A stretch of DNA of 64,000 bases from Eledone cirrhosa (Eukaryota). Below are positions 43,035 to 58,334 of this stretch, piece after piece (the first letter of the stretch is position 1; the number at the start of each line of letters is the position of its first letter). The stretch spans positions 348,998,001 through 349,062,000 of the forward strand of contig OZ024741.1 of assembly GCA_964016885.1 (NCBI GenBank), read 5' to 3'. Made by a program: the position numbers and the translations under genes. Under the pieces are notes generated by a model, which saw only the letters and a list, made by a program, of their open reading frames with translations, did not search any database and had not been told where the DNA came from.

Positions 43035-44090
43035 TTACGATAGTTGTTGTTATTGTTATTGCTATTGTTATTGTTGATGTTTTGGTAGTGCTGGTGACAC
43101 TAGCGGTCACTGGAGTATTGGTAATGGATAATGATGGTGCTGCTGGTCGTAGCTATTGTTGTGATGATGGTGGTGATAACGATAACGGTTGTGTCAATGA
43201 TGATACTGATGTTAGTGGTAATAAAATTGATGGCGGTAGTGGTGTTGGTCCTAATAATTATTTCCGATTGAGGGACAAGTTCAGCAATATTTATGGAAAG
43301 GAAAGTCGATTATATTAACTCCAGTACTTAACTGGCTTTATTTTATTGACCCAGAGATTTGAACTCAGAATCTAAATCGGCGTAATTAAATGGTGTAAAG
43401 TATTTTGTCCGAAACTCAAACGATTCTGCTAACTCAGTGTTTATTGTAATAAAAACTGTTTTGGTAATGGGTGTTTGGGGTGTTACTGGTGATGACGATG
43501 GGGATTTTTGTGTTTACCGTAATGGCGGTGGTAATGATAGTGTGTTGGTAGTGATCATTGTAGTGGTAAAGATGGTATTGGTATTGGGGTTGTTTGTTGG
43601 AGGTCATTGTGGTGGTGGTAATGAGGGTGGGGATTCATGCTTGTAGGGGTAATAACGGTTTTATTTCTGATGTCCATTATAGTGAAAGTGGTGGTGTTTT
43701 ATGTTCGTGGTGAGGGTGCTGCAGCTGTTAGTGTTGTTATTGGTAGTGGTGGGGAGGCTTTAATAGTTGTGATGTTGATGACTGATGGTAGGTTGTAGTG
43801 GTAGTGATGGTTTGGTTTGTTTTGCTAGAAGAATGTATTTATCATTAAAATTAATCGGGGTAATGCTGGCGTGCTTTCTGAGTTTTTCGTCCGTTTGTGC
43901 TTGTAGCCGTTGTTGTTGTTACTGTTGTTGTTGATGTCGTTGTTATTACTGGCGGTAGTAGTGGTGTTTTATTTTTTTTGTTCTTCTTAGATTTGTTGTT
44001 TTTATTTTTGTTTTTGCTTTTAGTTTTTATTGTTGTTGTCGTCGTCGAATTTGTTATTGTTTCTGTTGTTTTGTTGTTCATTTTGATTTT
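43035..44090. repeat. Degenerate (GTT/GGT/GAT)n low-complexity region with a decayed SINE (43255-43432, minus)
   Basis: Visible trinucleotide bias; SINE motif ATTTGAACTCAGAA. Confidence 0.75.
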
Positions 44091-44484
44091 GTTGGAGTCT
44101 GCATTGCATATATAAGATTACGTCAGTCAATCATTTGAATGTCTCATATAATCTGAACTACACTACCATATATAGCACCACATCATCATTCTTACACTTC
44201 AGATCTTCCAGCTTTTATCTTAGAATTATGTTGCCCATTCTTACGCCGTGAACATCACGTTGCCCCATAGGAGGAGGCTCTTCATTTTGCACTGCAGGAA
44301 CAGCGTTTCCAATATCCTTGTAGGCCCCTCGTATTTTGGTGACCAAAATATTGCTTTTTAGTCCCCGTATAACGTTTTAGATATTAGACAATTGGTTCTT
44401 TATCGATAGAGGAAATATCTCTCCACATAAGATAGTGCTACTTCCAGTCCTTTCTTCTTTCATGATACAAGGAAATAAATTCCA

Positions 44485-45270
44485 CTTTTGGAGAAGTTCT
44501 GAGCAACTGAATAAGATCGTGAATGGAGAAGAGAAGTTACCAGAATGTCTAATGTTTAGCAGAACCATCTTGTGTTTGAAGGACCCCAACAATAGAAATG
44601 CGGTTGACAACTTTAGACCTATCTCTTGCCACCCTCTTATGTGGAAATTTATGACAGGTGTCATTGCCGAGGCAATGTATGAATAGCGGGAAGAGACACT
44701 ACCTGTAGAGGAGAAGGGATGTAGGAGAAGAATCAAGGCGACTAAGGATCAATTGTTGATTGATAAGGTGATCCTTAAAATTGTAAAGGGGAAAACACTA
44801 ATTTTGCTATGGCCTGGATCGATAACAGCAAGGCTTACGAGATGGTGCCACATAGTTGGATAGTAGAATGTTTGAAAATGTTTGGTATTGCAGCTAACGT
44901 TAGACGATTTCTGGTGAGCAGTATGGATGGCTGGAAGACTGGACTGACATCATATAGACAAAAATTGGGATTTGTGAATATCAAGAGAGGAATATTTCAC
45001 CTTTGCCGTTTGTACTTTGTTGTATGTTTCCACTTTCATTGGTGTTGAGAAGGTCAAAGGCTGGTTACGAGTGGGGAGGACGAGAGTTTACGATAAACTA
45101 CCTGCTGTTCATAGATGACTAATAACTTAATGGGAAATCCTATGAACATATTGATTCCCAAACTTGTTTTTTTAAAGCGAATTGGGATTTCACCAAATAT
45201 AACGAATCTGCATAAATCTGCTTCGTTAAGAACTGCGAACATTCTACGCCAAGTATTTTCACTCTGATGG
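44485..45270 (+). pseudogene. Decayed R4/Dong LINE with large internal deletion
   Basis: [48 protein letters not shown], joined to a C-terminal LHKSASLRTANILRQV. Confidence 0.8.
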
Positions 45271-45324
45271 CTTTTGACTTGATTGTGACATATCAACAGT
45301 CTCAGAACAGCAAACTTGGAATAG

Positions 45325-45500
45325 CATTTCTTTCTATCATTGGTACAAGGTCAATAATTTGTGGAAAGAGGGAAGTTGATTATACCAACCACAGTACTTT
45401 ACTGGTAATTTATTTGCGCAACTTGGAAAGTTGAAAATTATCGTTTATTTAAACTCAGAATGTAAAAAAAATGCAAAGCAATTTTCTGTCGCTCTAACGC
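45325..45500 (-). mobile_element. Old SINE copy
   Basis: Degenerate family motifs. Confidence 0.55.
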
Positions 45501-46238
45501 AAAGAGAGGTAACTCTGGGTGAGGCGTGGTTTGTAATGTTGGTGGCGGCGCCGGTGAAACATTTGAGACTCACAACCAACGTTATTTTCCAAACTCAAGA
45601 AAATGTTTAAATATAATTATGAAAGGAAAGGCAACGAAGAGAAGTGCTTCCTGTCAAAAAAACCTCCATACGGTTTAAAAACAGAAGTCTCCGATACCCG
45701 AATAGCTAAATGTCAGGAGAAGGGCACCCATGTTTCATGACCTGGATGCGATCCGGCCCTCTTAGAGTGTAAGGAATTAAGGGCCAAAACACTCGCTTGA
45801 GGGTGGTCTCCTCTCTAAAGACATTCTGCTCTCCAGCTCTCCAGAGATCTTCTTCTCACTGCCAAGATTTTGGAAGGAGATTATTGGTGATTGCTTCTAT
45901 TATGGTTCGATCATCGAAGAAGAAAGAAAACCGGCGGTGTGTAGGTATGATAATGTATACCGGTGGTGTGTTGGTGTGAAAATGTATACCAAAGTAAATT
46001 GAACCTCAAATTATAGCATCTTAAAACCACATACTCGAAAATATCTTATGCGACATATTGAAAAGCCAGGAATTAATTAATTAATTCAAACAAAAGGGGT
46101 GATTTTTAAATTTCTTTGCTGCAGGTCAATGACCAGCTTCTGAAGAAAAGACGCAGATGAAAAATTGAAATATATTATAGTGAGCGGATACCTTTTGTAT
46201 TCATAATGAGCATCGCTTAACCAACTTCCTTAATCATA

Positions 46239-46447
<209 letters not shown>

Positions 46448-46532
46448 ACATGTGTGTGTGTAATGGCATAATGAGTCACTGGCATTTGGTAAAAAATGAT
46501 TATTTTCAAAAAAGGGAGACATTATCATTTCA

Positions 46533-46545
46533 ACTACTGCTACTG

Positions 46546-46591
<46 letters not shown>

Positions 46592-46592
46592 C

Positions 46593-46647
<55 letters not shown>

Positions 46648-46655
46648 TTAAATTA

Positions 46656-46722
<67 letters not shown>
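46533..46722. repeat. (CTA)n(GAT)n(TTA)n compound microsatellite
   Basis: Visible. Confidence 0.97.
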
Positions 46723-46723
<1 letters not shown>

Positions 46724-47657
46724 CTTGAATCTCAGTCATTGATGTTAGTTAACTGGAAAGTCCGTTGGAATGAATATCAAGCCACTACCTGCAGCCTCAG
46801 ATATTCAGGACGTATCGGAGGGTTCTTGCTGTTCCCAGCAAGCATGCCTTTTGAAGCGTTCCAAAAAGCGTGAAGGGGCCGATTTTCTTTAACCATCCCT
46901 GGAAACTTTTGGAGATAGTCCCCATTGCGCCTATGACAATCGGGATCACTTTGACTTCATGGCAGTTCCAAATCCTTTATATCTCCCACTTTAAGTCCTG
47001 GTATCGGTTAATTTTCTCCCTCTCCTTCTCTTGCACTCTCGTGTCGAATGGGCAGGCCACATCCACAATCAGACACGATCTTTTTTCTTTGTCCACAACC
47101 ACCAGGTCAGGTCTATTGTGTTCCAGTTTCTTGTCCGTCTGTATCCTAAAATCCAACAGCACCTTCACCTGATCGTTCTCCATCACCGCCTCTGGCTTAT
47201 GCTCATACCATTTCTCAGAATGTGGTAAATTGTTTACTTTGCACAGGTGCCAGTGGATCACCCTGCCCATCACATCATGTCTCCAGCCCTTATAGTGGGC
47301 CTGGGCTAGGTGTTTACACTCGGATACAATGTGAGCCACAGTCTCCTCTCTCTCTCCACAGATCCTGCACAGTGGGATAGCCTCCTCCTTGTAAATATGG
47401 TGTTTCAACCACTTCGTTTTGAGAGCCTGCTCCTGCGCAGCCATTAACATTCCTTCTGTAGCCTTTTTAAGGTCTCCTCTTCTCAACCAGTTCCATGTCT
47501 GTGGATCTCTAAATTCAGATTTCTCAAAGAAGGTACTATGAAGGGATTTTTCCTGAAGGCTGCTCTTTCTCCTTGATGTTATTTCCTCCTTGGACATCCC
47601 CTGGCCTATTGTCCCCTAATTCAGTACAGTTCTGAGCATTGGCTCCTTACTATCAGT
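46723..47657 (-). mobile_element. 5'-truncated Dong-like LINE (RLE domain) in (TAA)n
   Basis: AAQEQAL, CRICGEREETVAHIVSEC, RHD, RPDLVV, IVDVACP, EK..RY; premature stop; (TTA)n on both sides. Confidence 0.9.
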
Positions 47658-47658
47658 C

Positions 47659-47711
<53 letters not shown>

Positions 47712-48490
47712 GTTCTTTGAGTCTCAGTCATTGATGTTATTTAACTGGAAAGTTTGTTGAAATGAATATCAGGCTGCTACCTGCAGCCTCAGATATTCAG
47801 GACGTATCGGAGGGTTCTTGCTGTTCCCAGCAAGCATGCCTTTTGAAGTGTTCCAAAAAGCGTGGCTGGACTAATCTTCTTTAACCATCCCTGGAAACTC
47901 CTTGAGATAGTACCTAGTGCGCCTATGACAATCGGGACCACTTTGACTTCATAGCAGTTCCCAATCATTTTTACCTCCCACTTTAAGTCCTGGTATCGGT
48001 TAATTTTCTCCCTCTCCTTCTCTTGCACTCTCGTGTCGAATGGGCAGGCATGATCTCTTTTCCTTGTCCAAAACCACTAGGTCAGGTCTATTGGCCAGTT
48101 TCTTGTCCGTCTGTATCCTAAAATCCCACAGCACCTTCACCTGATCGTTTTCTATCACCGACTCTGGCTTATGCTCATACCACTTCTCAGAATGTGGTAA
48201 ATTGTTTACTTTGCATAGATGCCAGTGGATCACCCTGCCCATCACATCATGTCTCCAGCCTTTATAGTGAGTCTGGGCTAGGTGTTTACACTCGGATACA
48301 ATGTGAGCCACAGTCTCCTCTCTCTCGCTACATATCCTGCACAGTGGGCTAGCCTCCTCCTTGCAAATATGGTGTTTCAGCCACTTCGTGTTGAGGGCCT
48401 GCTCTTGCGCAGCCATTAGCATTCCTTCTGTAGCCTTTTTAATGTCTCCTCTTTTCAACCAGTTCCATGTCTGTGGATCTCTGAATTCCG
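47712..48490 (-). mobile_element. Second 5'-truncated copy of the (TAA)n Dong-like LINE
   Basis: Homologous to 46723-47515; ends LQKACLLGTARTLRYVLNI*. Confidence 0.9.
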
Positions 48491-48517
48491 TTTTTTATTA
48501 TTATTATTATTATTATG

Positions 48518-48569
<52 letters not shown>

Positions 48570-49284
48570 GGCGGTGTATTGGCAGTATAGCTAGCGGGTC
48601 GGACGCCATGCTTTCACGCATAGAGGTACGGCCCTTGCTATTCTGAGTTCAAATCCCGCCGAGGTCAACTTTGCCTTTCATCCTTACGGGATCGATAAAA
48701 TAAAGCACCAGTAATGCACTGGGGTGGATTTATTCGACTTTTCCTTCCCCTTAAAAAAATTGCTGGCCTTGTGCCTAAAGTAGAGACAATTATTATTATT
48801 ACTAAGGGCGGTGGATTGGCAATATCAGTAGAGCGTCGGCCAATGTACTTTGTTGCATAGAGTTTCGGCCATTTACGTTCCGATTTCAAATCCCGCCGAG
48901 GTTAGCTTTGTCTTTCGTCCTTACGGAGTCGATAAAATAAAGCACCAGCTACACAATGGGGGCGATTTAATCGACTTTCCTCTCCCCCAAATTTGCTGGC
49001 CTTGTGCCTTAAGTAGAAAGTAATTATTATTATTGTTGTAGTTATTGTTTTGTTGTTGTTGTCGTTATTAAGGGTGGTTGATTTGCAGAAATGTTAGGAT
49101 GTCGGAATAAATGCTTTTCAATATTTAGTTACGTCCCTTTACATTCTGTGTTCAAATATCGCCGAAGTCAACTTTGTCTTTCATCCTTCTGGAGGCGATA
49201 AATTACAGTAACTGTCAAGTACAAAGTTTGATATAACCATTTCCCTCGTACTCAAATTGTTGGCATTTTGCCTAAATCAGAAAA
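48570..49284 (+). mobile_element. Three tandem SINE copies (48570-48790, 48805-49022, 49071-49284) in (TTA)n
   Basis: Each has a tRNA-like head, the conserved core and a GCCTAAA..AGA tail. Confidence 0.88.
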
Positions 49285-49559
49285 AAAGAATTTTTCTTTA
49301 GAATTTCGTTGTTAATATGTCAGCATTTAGATTATTAGATCTCAAGTTGTCTTCTGTCGACTTAGGTATATAGCACCGTTTCTATGGTTCTTCCTGTGTC
49401 AAGCAAACAAGACTTTTGTAGAATCAGGGAATCCATCGCAATATCCTACATTCAACCAACCACTGACACTAACGCTCCTAATACAAATAGCATAACAAAT
49501 TCCAGATTCTCTTTAATTAGTATTTCAAATCTTGGAACTATTTTATATTTTTCCCTTCT

Positions 49560-50600
49560 TTGTCTATCACACTTGCAGCAAATTGACAATTAACATCGAT
49601 TAGCCAGCACACCTTTCCTCTTTATCGAGGTAGCAACATCTAGGCATGAACGCTCTATTTATTTATCCGTCTGACTTTTAATGACCCATAATACGTTTTC
49701 ATAGTTGATTTTAAGGACACGTTCTGTTTTGTTGCCATACTAATTCTTCGCATGTGCAAATTCAAAATTTTACATGTTCATCAATGTAGGATTGTGTCAA
49801 TATTTTGTACCAGGCATCTTACATTCAGAGACCACACATTTTACACGCATCTGGCATGCTTATATTATGTATATTATTTCTGATATATCTCGTTCTGATT
49901 TTCTGATCCTGCACGTATTGGATTAAGCCCTCTATCTCTCGTTTTAGAACTCATTTTTAGTCATTGGAATGACTTTCCATTTCACTGCCCTTCAATATTT
50001 TTAGAAAAAAAAATGTTTTCCTGTAAGTTTTGCTGCTTTCTAATTTCAGAACATCAGTTTTCTTCCGCCTACATTTACGATGTCTTCTCGTACTGTTATT
50101 AAGACCTATACGCAGCATACGTTACGCTCGCTAACTCTATCTGCAAACATTTTTTCTACGCTTTCTGTTGAAATATACCTTCCCAACATCTTCCTGTGAG
50201 TGTAAGATTATATTTTCCTAACTTTCCTTGTTTTTCTATTTAAATTCTTAAACTCCTTCTTTGTCCCTTCTCTGATTCCTGCGCTAGATCAGATGATGAA
50301 TACTGCTCGTGATATGAAGGTTCTGGTAGAGTGTATGCCATGGAATCTAGCTTTGATATTTTCTTAATGATCACCGGCACTGTCACCTGATTGTTTTTTT
50401 CATTAGTTTATCTTTTATACCATCAGCTTCCCCTAGATATTTATATCCATCATATGTGTCCATCTCCCGGATCTTCTCTTCATGTTATGCTATTTGTCGA
50501 CAGTTTTATGCTCTTTGCCACTCTTCATCACCAAGATTTGAAATTATCAAACTATTTACATAACCTTATTAAATACTTTCACTGACAAGCGATTCCAGCA
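49560..50600 (-). pseudogene. Highly decayed RTE-like RT
   Basis: Ordered degenerate motifs on the minus strand resembling RWxxYF, LKxxKAA, PNDW, PGKIL, EEQYG and AFxDL. Confidence 0.4.
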
Positions 50601-51069
50601 CTCTCTCAATTTTACCATATATAATATTAGGTTATTTATGAACACCAAATCGTCCACTCCGACATTCTAACGCATAAATAACAAAAAGTAAAAGAAATTA
50701 AGGCTACAAGCAAGGAGAATGTGTTAAATAAACTTTTAGATTCAGGATGCCTATTGACTAGTTACTACTTAATATTATCTTAGACTGTTATCAAAATGGA
50801 AATAAATACACTACTAACAAGGAGATGGGATGATAGCTATCGATTATTTATTGCAGGCCATGTGTATATTTAGATAATTTTATATGATTCACTTTATTTT
50901 AGATACGTATAGCGTTGCTCTGACATAGTAACCATTGAGGTTGCTTTTGAGAACTAACTGAATAGATTGGTCTCAAAATAAACCGACTACAACTGGCTTG
51001 AGTAAAAAAAGAAAAGAAAATTGAAGGATGAAATTATGAATGGATATATGTAGGTTCTTATGTAGGCAT

Positions 51070-51712
<643 letters not shown>

Positions 51713-52629
51713 GATAGACCGTACAAAAATGAAAGTTATAAAAATGAAGTTGGCAGCTATTGATTCCAAACAGTGTTACCATAATAGACTCTTCTACTTA
51801 GAATTTTGACTCTTACCGGGTCACTCGGTTGATCATTATAAATGGATGAACTGGATCGGTAGAATCCACATATAGAAATTCTATTGTTGTGAACCTAACA
51901 TTTTCTTTTATTGTGAATACATAGATACAAATCAATTATAGCTACTTTCTATATAAGGAAATAAATGAGCGTCTACAAGTTTGGGCGGCTGGTTATATAT
52001 AGCAGCTAATTCAGCCTAATATCACTCCCAATTGTTTTACAAAAAGAAGGTATTGGACAATATAGTTATGTATATATAAAACGTTGTGGATGATCAGCTC
52101 GTTCTGAGCTGATTTTCTACTAAAGAATAACAAGAGCAATATTTTGTTTCATCTACACCTTTCTCCTTATATAATTGAACTATCTTAACTAAATATTAAC
52201 AACGGCAACGACGATCTGTCAATGAAGGCTCCATGCGGTCACTAGTCTTGGGAGAAATAGTAATGAAATGAAATCCTCCTAACTTGTATGACCTTGATCA
52301 TATATTTACTCGTCCAGAGCTAATTTAGGGCAAGATAATAAAATCAACACGAATAAATTCAAAATAAATGTTGATGTACAAAATGAGAATTTGATGGATG
52401 AATCGGTGGCGGGAACCAAGTGAAACTCATCTCCATGCAGTGGGCCCGCGCATATATATATTTGTTATAATGCTTTGCTAACAAGATTCTGTGTATTAAA
52501 GAAATATGTCGATGAAAGATAATGACATACATACATACACATATACATACATACATGATGATGGTTGCCCAACGTGCTATCCCAAGTCTCGAATAGAGAC
52601 ATATATACGTACATACATACATCCATACA

Positions 52630-53070
52630 TGATAGCTGCTCCCTCGTTATCGAGTATGGACATTGCATGATATAACATTATTAATAATTATTAATTAATA
52701 CTATCTTGCAATGCCTGTACGGGAAGATTTTTTTTAAAGTGAGGAAAGACTGTTCACTGAGCCAATCCCACCCTCTGAGCGACAGTAGCTATAATCCGAA
52801 AAGAAGAAAAGATCAACATCATCGGTAACTACTGAGCCGCAGGTTTTATGTCGGAGTTATCCCAGTTTCCTGAGTTGCCTTCTCCTACAAGAATGCCCTG
52901 ACAAAGGCTAGGGGTCCTTCACTCCCAGTGGTTTTACCGCGCAATCGGGTATCCAGCCCGATTATTTCTATGTCCCTGCGCATATATATACACATGTATA
53001 CATGTATATAGATATATGTATATACATATATGTTTTGGATGGCCGTTGACTCTTATGAGTTCTTCCGCCC
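52630..53070 (-). mobile_element. 5'-truncated family B RTE-type non-autonomous element
   Basis: Reverse complement of about 12052-12510, including the internal microsatellite. Confidence 0.8.
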
Positions 53071-53130
53071 TACATACATCCATCCATCCATACATACATA
53101 CATACATACATACATACATACATACATACA

Positions 53131-54896
53131 TTAAGACTGATAAGATACATTACCAGAAGGGTATCCTTCAGGGTGATAGCTTGTCAGTGCTACTCTTCGT
53201 TCTCTCACTGAATCCACTATCTTACTTACTCAGGAAACAAGGTGAACAAAGAAGTGGGCCCAGAAGTATCTCCCATCTTTTCTTTGTTGATGACCTGAAG
53301 TTGTATGGGCCAAATATCAATGACATCAAGAAACAATTGGACCTCATTACACAATTTTCAACCGACATCAAAATGAAATTTGGTGAGTCCAAGTGTGCAT
53401 ATTTGGCAGTAAAAGGTGGAAGAGCTGTGCCCTCCTCTAGAAATCTAGAGATGAACGGCCTGACAATACAACCTCTGCAGTCAGGTAACAACTACAGATA
53501 TCTTGGACAGGATGAGAATGTCAGATATGATGGACCCATAAAGAAGGAGAGAACCAGAACTGAATACCTCAGAAGAGTAAAGAAAATATGGTCATCAGAA
53601 CTGTCAGCATACAACAAATACATTGCCCACAATACTTATGCTGTGCCAATTCTAACGCCAACATTTGGCCTACTGAACTGGTCATTGCAAGAACTAAGTG
53701 AGATGGATGTTAGAACTCGCAAACTTCTCAGTGTTACTGGGAACTTTAACATCAATGGTGATGTGGATAGGCTATACTTCTCACGCAAGGAAGGTGGCCG
53801 GGGTCTAAAATCAATATTAACAACATATGAGACCCGGATAGTAACACTGAAGCAACACCTTCAACAGAGGAAAAAGGTTGGCAACCATCTTGCCCAGGTT
53901 TATGACCATGAAAAAAGAAATATCATTAGAATAGCGACTGATCTGGGGGAGAGATATGGAATAAAGCCTGATATAAATCTCTCACCCAGAGAAATCGGAA
54001 GATCCTATTCAATGTTCAAACAAGATAAAAAAATTGACCAATTTACAGAAAAAGTTGTGCATGGATACTTGAGGCGTAAAACACAGACCATAGAGGGGAT
54101 AAACCACTCAAAAATCCTGGCATGGAGTTCCGACAAATTTATGACATCACACCTTGAGGGATATCTCTATGCAATACAGGAACAAGAACTCCCTACCAAA
54201 TATCTGCTGCACAAAAGAGGAGGGCCAGCAGCTGACAATAAATGTAGGCTATGTAAAACAAAGATCGAGGATGTAAGCCACATTGTTGCCAGCTGCGAAA
54301 GAATGTCATCTCGCTACTACCTCCCCATGAGACACGATGGGATAGCTAGAACCATCTGGAACGCACTTCGGAAAACAAAATTAACAACAAACGAGGAAGA
54401 ATATATTGAGACAGATGGCACTAAGGAATACTGGTGGAACCTGAAAATAAAAACTGCCACCAAATTAAAGCACAACCGGCCTGATATTGTAGTTTGGGAC
54501 CACACATTGAAAACGTGTTCTGTTGTGGAGATCAGCTGCCCACTTGATGTAAACGTTGTCAGAAAAATACAGGAGAAGGAGGACATCTACGGACCATTGA
54601 TGAGGAGTTTACAAATCCAGTATCCAAGATACACCTTTAGCTTCATACCCATCAATATTGGTGCTACGGGTTATATACAAACCCGCTTGGACCAAAGTAT
54701 GACTGAACTTGAATTTGCGGACAAAAAGCGCAGCTCCCTAATTCATAGTCTATAAATGGCTGCGATAGCTGGCACCTTCAAAATTTGCAAAACATTCTTG
54801 CGATTCAAGGGATGACAATTTCTTTTCTTTTACAACCTTGCCACCAGGAAGGTGGCCGGTCAAAAAAATATACTCGAAATTAAGAGAAAGAGAAAA
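53131..54896 (+). mobile_element. 5'-truncated R4/Dong LINE in (TACA)n, about 540 open codons
   Basis: GILQGDSLS, FVDDLKLY, CRLC/H/C, RHD, PD..E; single premature TAA at 54753-54755 (CAA in the other copies); true stop TGA at 54813-54815. Confidence 0.95.
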
Positions 54897-55639
54897 CATA
54901 CATACATACATACATACATACATACATACATACATACATACATACATACATACATACATACATGATGACTCTTCTTATCGTGTTCACACCTATAACTGTT
55001 GTTTGTGGTGGTAATAGGATTAGCAGAAACTTATCAATACTCCCAGGACCGTAGGTGGACGCTCCAATTTTAACCCCATGATAATGAATGCAACTCGATT
55101 TCGAATAACGCCATGGTTTGATACTTAAGCGGACGTGGCTTTTTAGTCCTTTTAGCGACTTGCTTTGCCAAGCAATACCATGCATCGCAAAAACAATGTC
55201 ACATATCAAGCGATGCCTTTGCTTGAAGATTTTTTTTAAGTGAGGAAAGGCTTTACACGGGGCCAGTCACACTCTCTAAACATCGAATGCATTTGCCCAA
55301 AAAGAAGAAATACAAACATACATACATACATTATCTATAGCGTCCCATTGCTCTACTCTTTCTTCATCAGCATTGCTAAGCCGCAGTTAAGAGAACAGAA
55401 GATGCTACCGTTCTGCTCCTAGTTGCAGAAACTAGGCTAATCACAAATTTGTGGTTTGAATAGGCGCCATTAGCAATTGTGGATATTCTATGGTATCCCT
55501 ATCTGCTAACCTAAAAAATTGCTATCTGAATACGATCTAGATGATCTTATTCAATTAATCTAGGTCCGCACTTGCGCATTCGGGATATCCTGTTGGTACA
55601 TATCTGATAGTTGGAGTAGCCTGATCAGGATCTTCAGGT

Positions 55640-56100
55640 TTTTGCACTCCACACATCTATCAGCTAGTCCCACACAATCCTAGCGAGCGTTTATGACGCA
55701 GTTCAGTCCTACGCTAACATAAAAAGGCAAGAGTTTCCGAGAAAGGTTTCCAGACCCTTCAAGAAATCCGGCCGTCCAGCCCTAGTCAAGGCCAGGCCAG
55801 TCACCAGTCTAAAAGCATTGTTCACATCTATGAATACCAACTTACCTTCCCGTTCCAGGAAGATCGTCCATACCTTCAGATCCATGCCTTTCCTAAACAG
55901 CACTACCACCCGGCCTCCCATTTCAGGCCGACTAAGAGATGCATTGATTTCAAAGGTGTCAAAGTGAAGGCTAGTTCGTGTGTGTCAGATATCTTGGTGT
56001 CACTTCCGGCAGTCATAGCCATAGCTAGTGACCTGAGGTCTTTGAACAAGTGGCTTTGTGGGTACGTAGATATATATTCTCTACTGTTAGAATTACCATG
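55640..56100 (-). pseudogene. Tx1-like LINE AP-endonuclease relic
   Basis: GGRVVVLFRKG..EGKLVFIDV..FRLV..RPDFLKGLETFL. Confidence 0.55.
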
Positions 56101-56279
56101 CTGGCTGGTTATAATTAAGAAAACAAGGAATGTTATTTAACCCACGGGTGGTGTCGGATATCCGGTGGTTTGATCAACATATCTGGTTGGGGATCCCTTG
56201 GGAACCCCTTTAAAATACTATTAGAGGTTTTTACATTGGTTAGGGTGACATATATATACATGTGTGTATGTATATTTAT

Positions 56280-56314
<35 letters not shown>

Positions 56315-56373
56315 GGGAGAGAGAGAGAGAGAGAGAAGGAATTTGTAGTTTACTTGAAGCATTGTATATGGCA

Positions 56374-56683
<310 letters not shown>

Positions 56684-57153
56684 ATACTTACCTTACCCAA
56701 TAAATACATGAAAATAATGACCCCGACCTACCATAGGCATACCAAACAAAATACAACATATTTACAAAAGTAATAACGTATTTCACATTGAGACAACGTA
56801 ACCACATTCAAAATCATCTTTTAACTACTAATATCTAATCAATACAAAAGCTGGAATGACAGTTAACCTAACCTATATGCACACATACATCTATATACGT
56901 GCGTGCGCAGCAGTTTGTAAAAGACCTATGCTACAGACACAATGTAGATGCCGATATACTGTCAGTGTGATATACGTACAGGTTATTTTGACACGCAGTA
57001 AAGGTTATTCACAGTTATGTACTCATACGCCTATACACAAAGACGTATATAGATATATAAAAGCACGCATACACCTATACATTTGGGCAGAATAAATGCA
57101 TGTGTGTGTATATCCGTCTATATATTTCACTCTCTCATTCATTTTCTTTCTTT

Positions 57154-57227
<74 letters not shown>

Positions 57228-57450
57228 CCCCCTCTCTCTCTCTGTCTCCCCTCTCTCTCTTTATTTCTTTTTTTTTCTCTCTCTCTCACTCCTTGTCTAT
57301 ATATGCATATATCTGTGTCTCTCTCTATATATATATTAGTATGTTTGTATTTGTATATTTATATTTATATATATATTAAGACATAAGTGCTTGTGTGTTT
57401 GTATACTTTACATGAAAGTTATGCATCTGTATATATATATATATATATTA

Positions 57451-57491
<41 letters not shown>

Positions 57492-58334
57492 TGTGTGTGT
57501 GTCTGTGTGTGTGTGCGTGTGTGTGTGTGTATGTGTAACCTCAAAATATGAAGATGCATATACGTGCGCTAACAAGAAGCAACACACAGGCATACATACA
57601 CACACTCACTATATATATATATTCGTACACTTCCACAATACGTACCTATTCACATATATACACACATACATGTATAAATATTCGTGCTCGTCTGTTTGCT
57701 TTATTCTTCTTTAGATTACTATTGCTAAACAAACAGCAATCTTTAGAAGTCAGTAAAGCATTGTTATAACGCTACAATATCAATATCCGGTCTTGTGTTT
57801 GTACCCTAGTACAACAAGTGTACTTTGTACTGCCAGCTTTTCAAATACAACTTCTTGCCCGACGCCTCTTAAATAATAGAACTACAATTTATATAAATGC
57901 TTGGGTTTTCTACTTTTTTTTTCCTATTACTCTTTTATATGCCTTCGTCATTGCACTGTGTCCATGCTGGGGCACCAAGACCTGGGAACAACATCCTCTA
58001 CATCATATGGAATGACCTAGACAGAGCAACCCTTTACTGGCCTGAATCTTGCAACATAAATATATCCGCCAAGAACTAGTTGGTGCAATGAAACTGGTTG
58101 ATAGATTAAGTCTACCACAGAAGAAATCGGTATTTACGTTGTGGGCTATATACCGAAATGCATTCCTTCCAACCTTCTATCAATTCAGCCTAATCCTCTC
58201 GGAAGGATGAAATGGTAAGTTATCTTCAGTGGGATTTCAAAGACCTGTATGAAATACAGTTGTGTTGATGAAATAATGTACTAAGAAAATATAGGGTGTC
58301 GATTTTATTGAATATAGCCTCTTCCAAAAGAGAA

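Noticed and set aside
42896-44115. Hydrophobic membrane-protein-like ORFs
   Set aside because: They derive from degenerate GTT/GGT/GAT repeats.
53016-53130. N-terminus of the 579-aa ORF as a real gene start
   Set aside because: It is read-through from an adjacent element and (TACA)n into a 5'-truncated LINE.
56137-56250. piggyBac-like TTAA|CCC end
   Set aside because: No matching opposite terminal repeat was found in the window.
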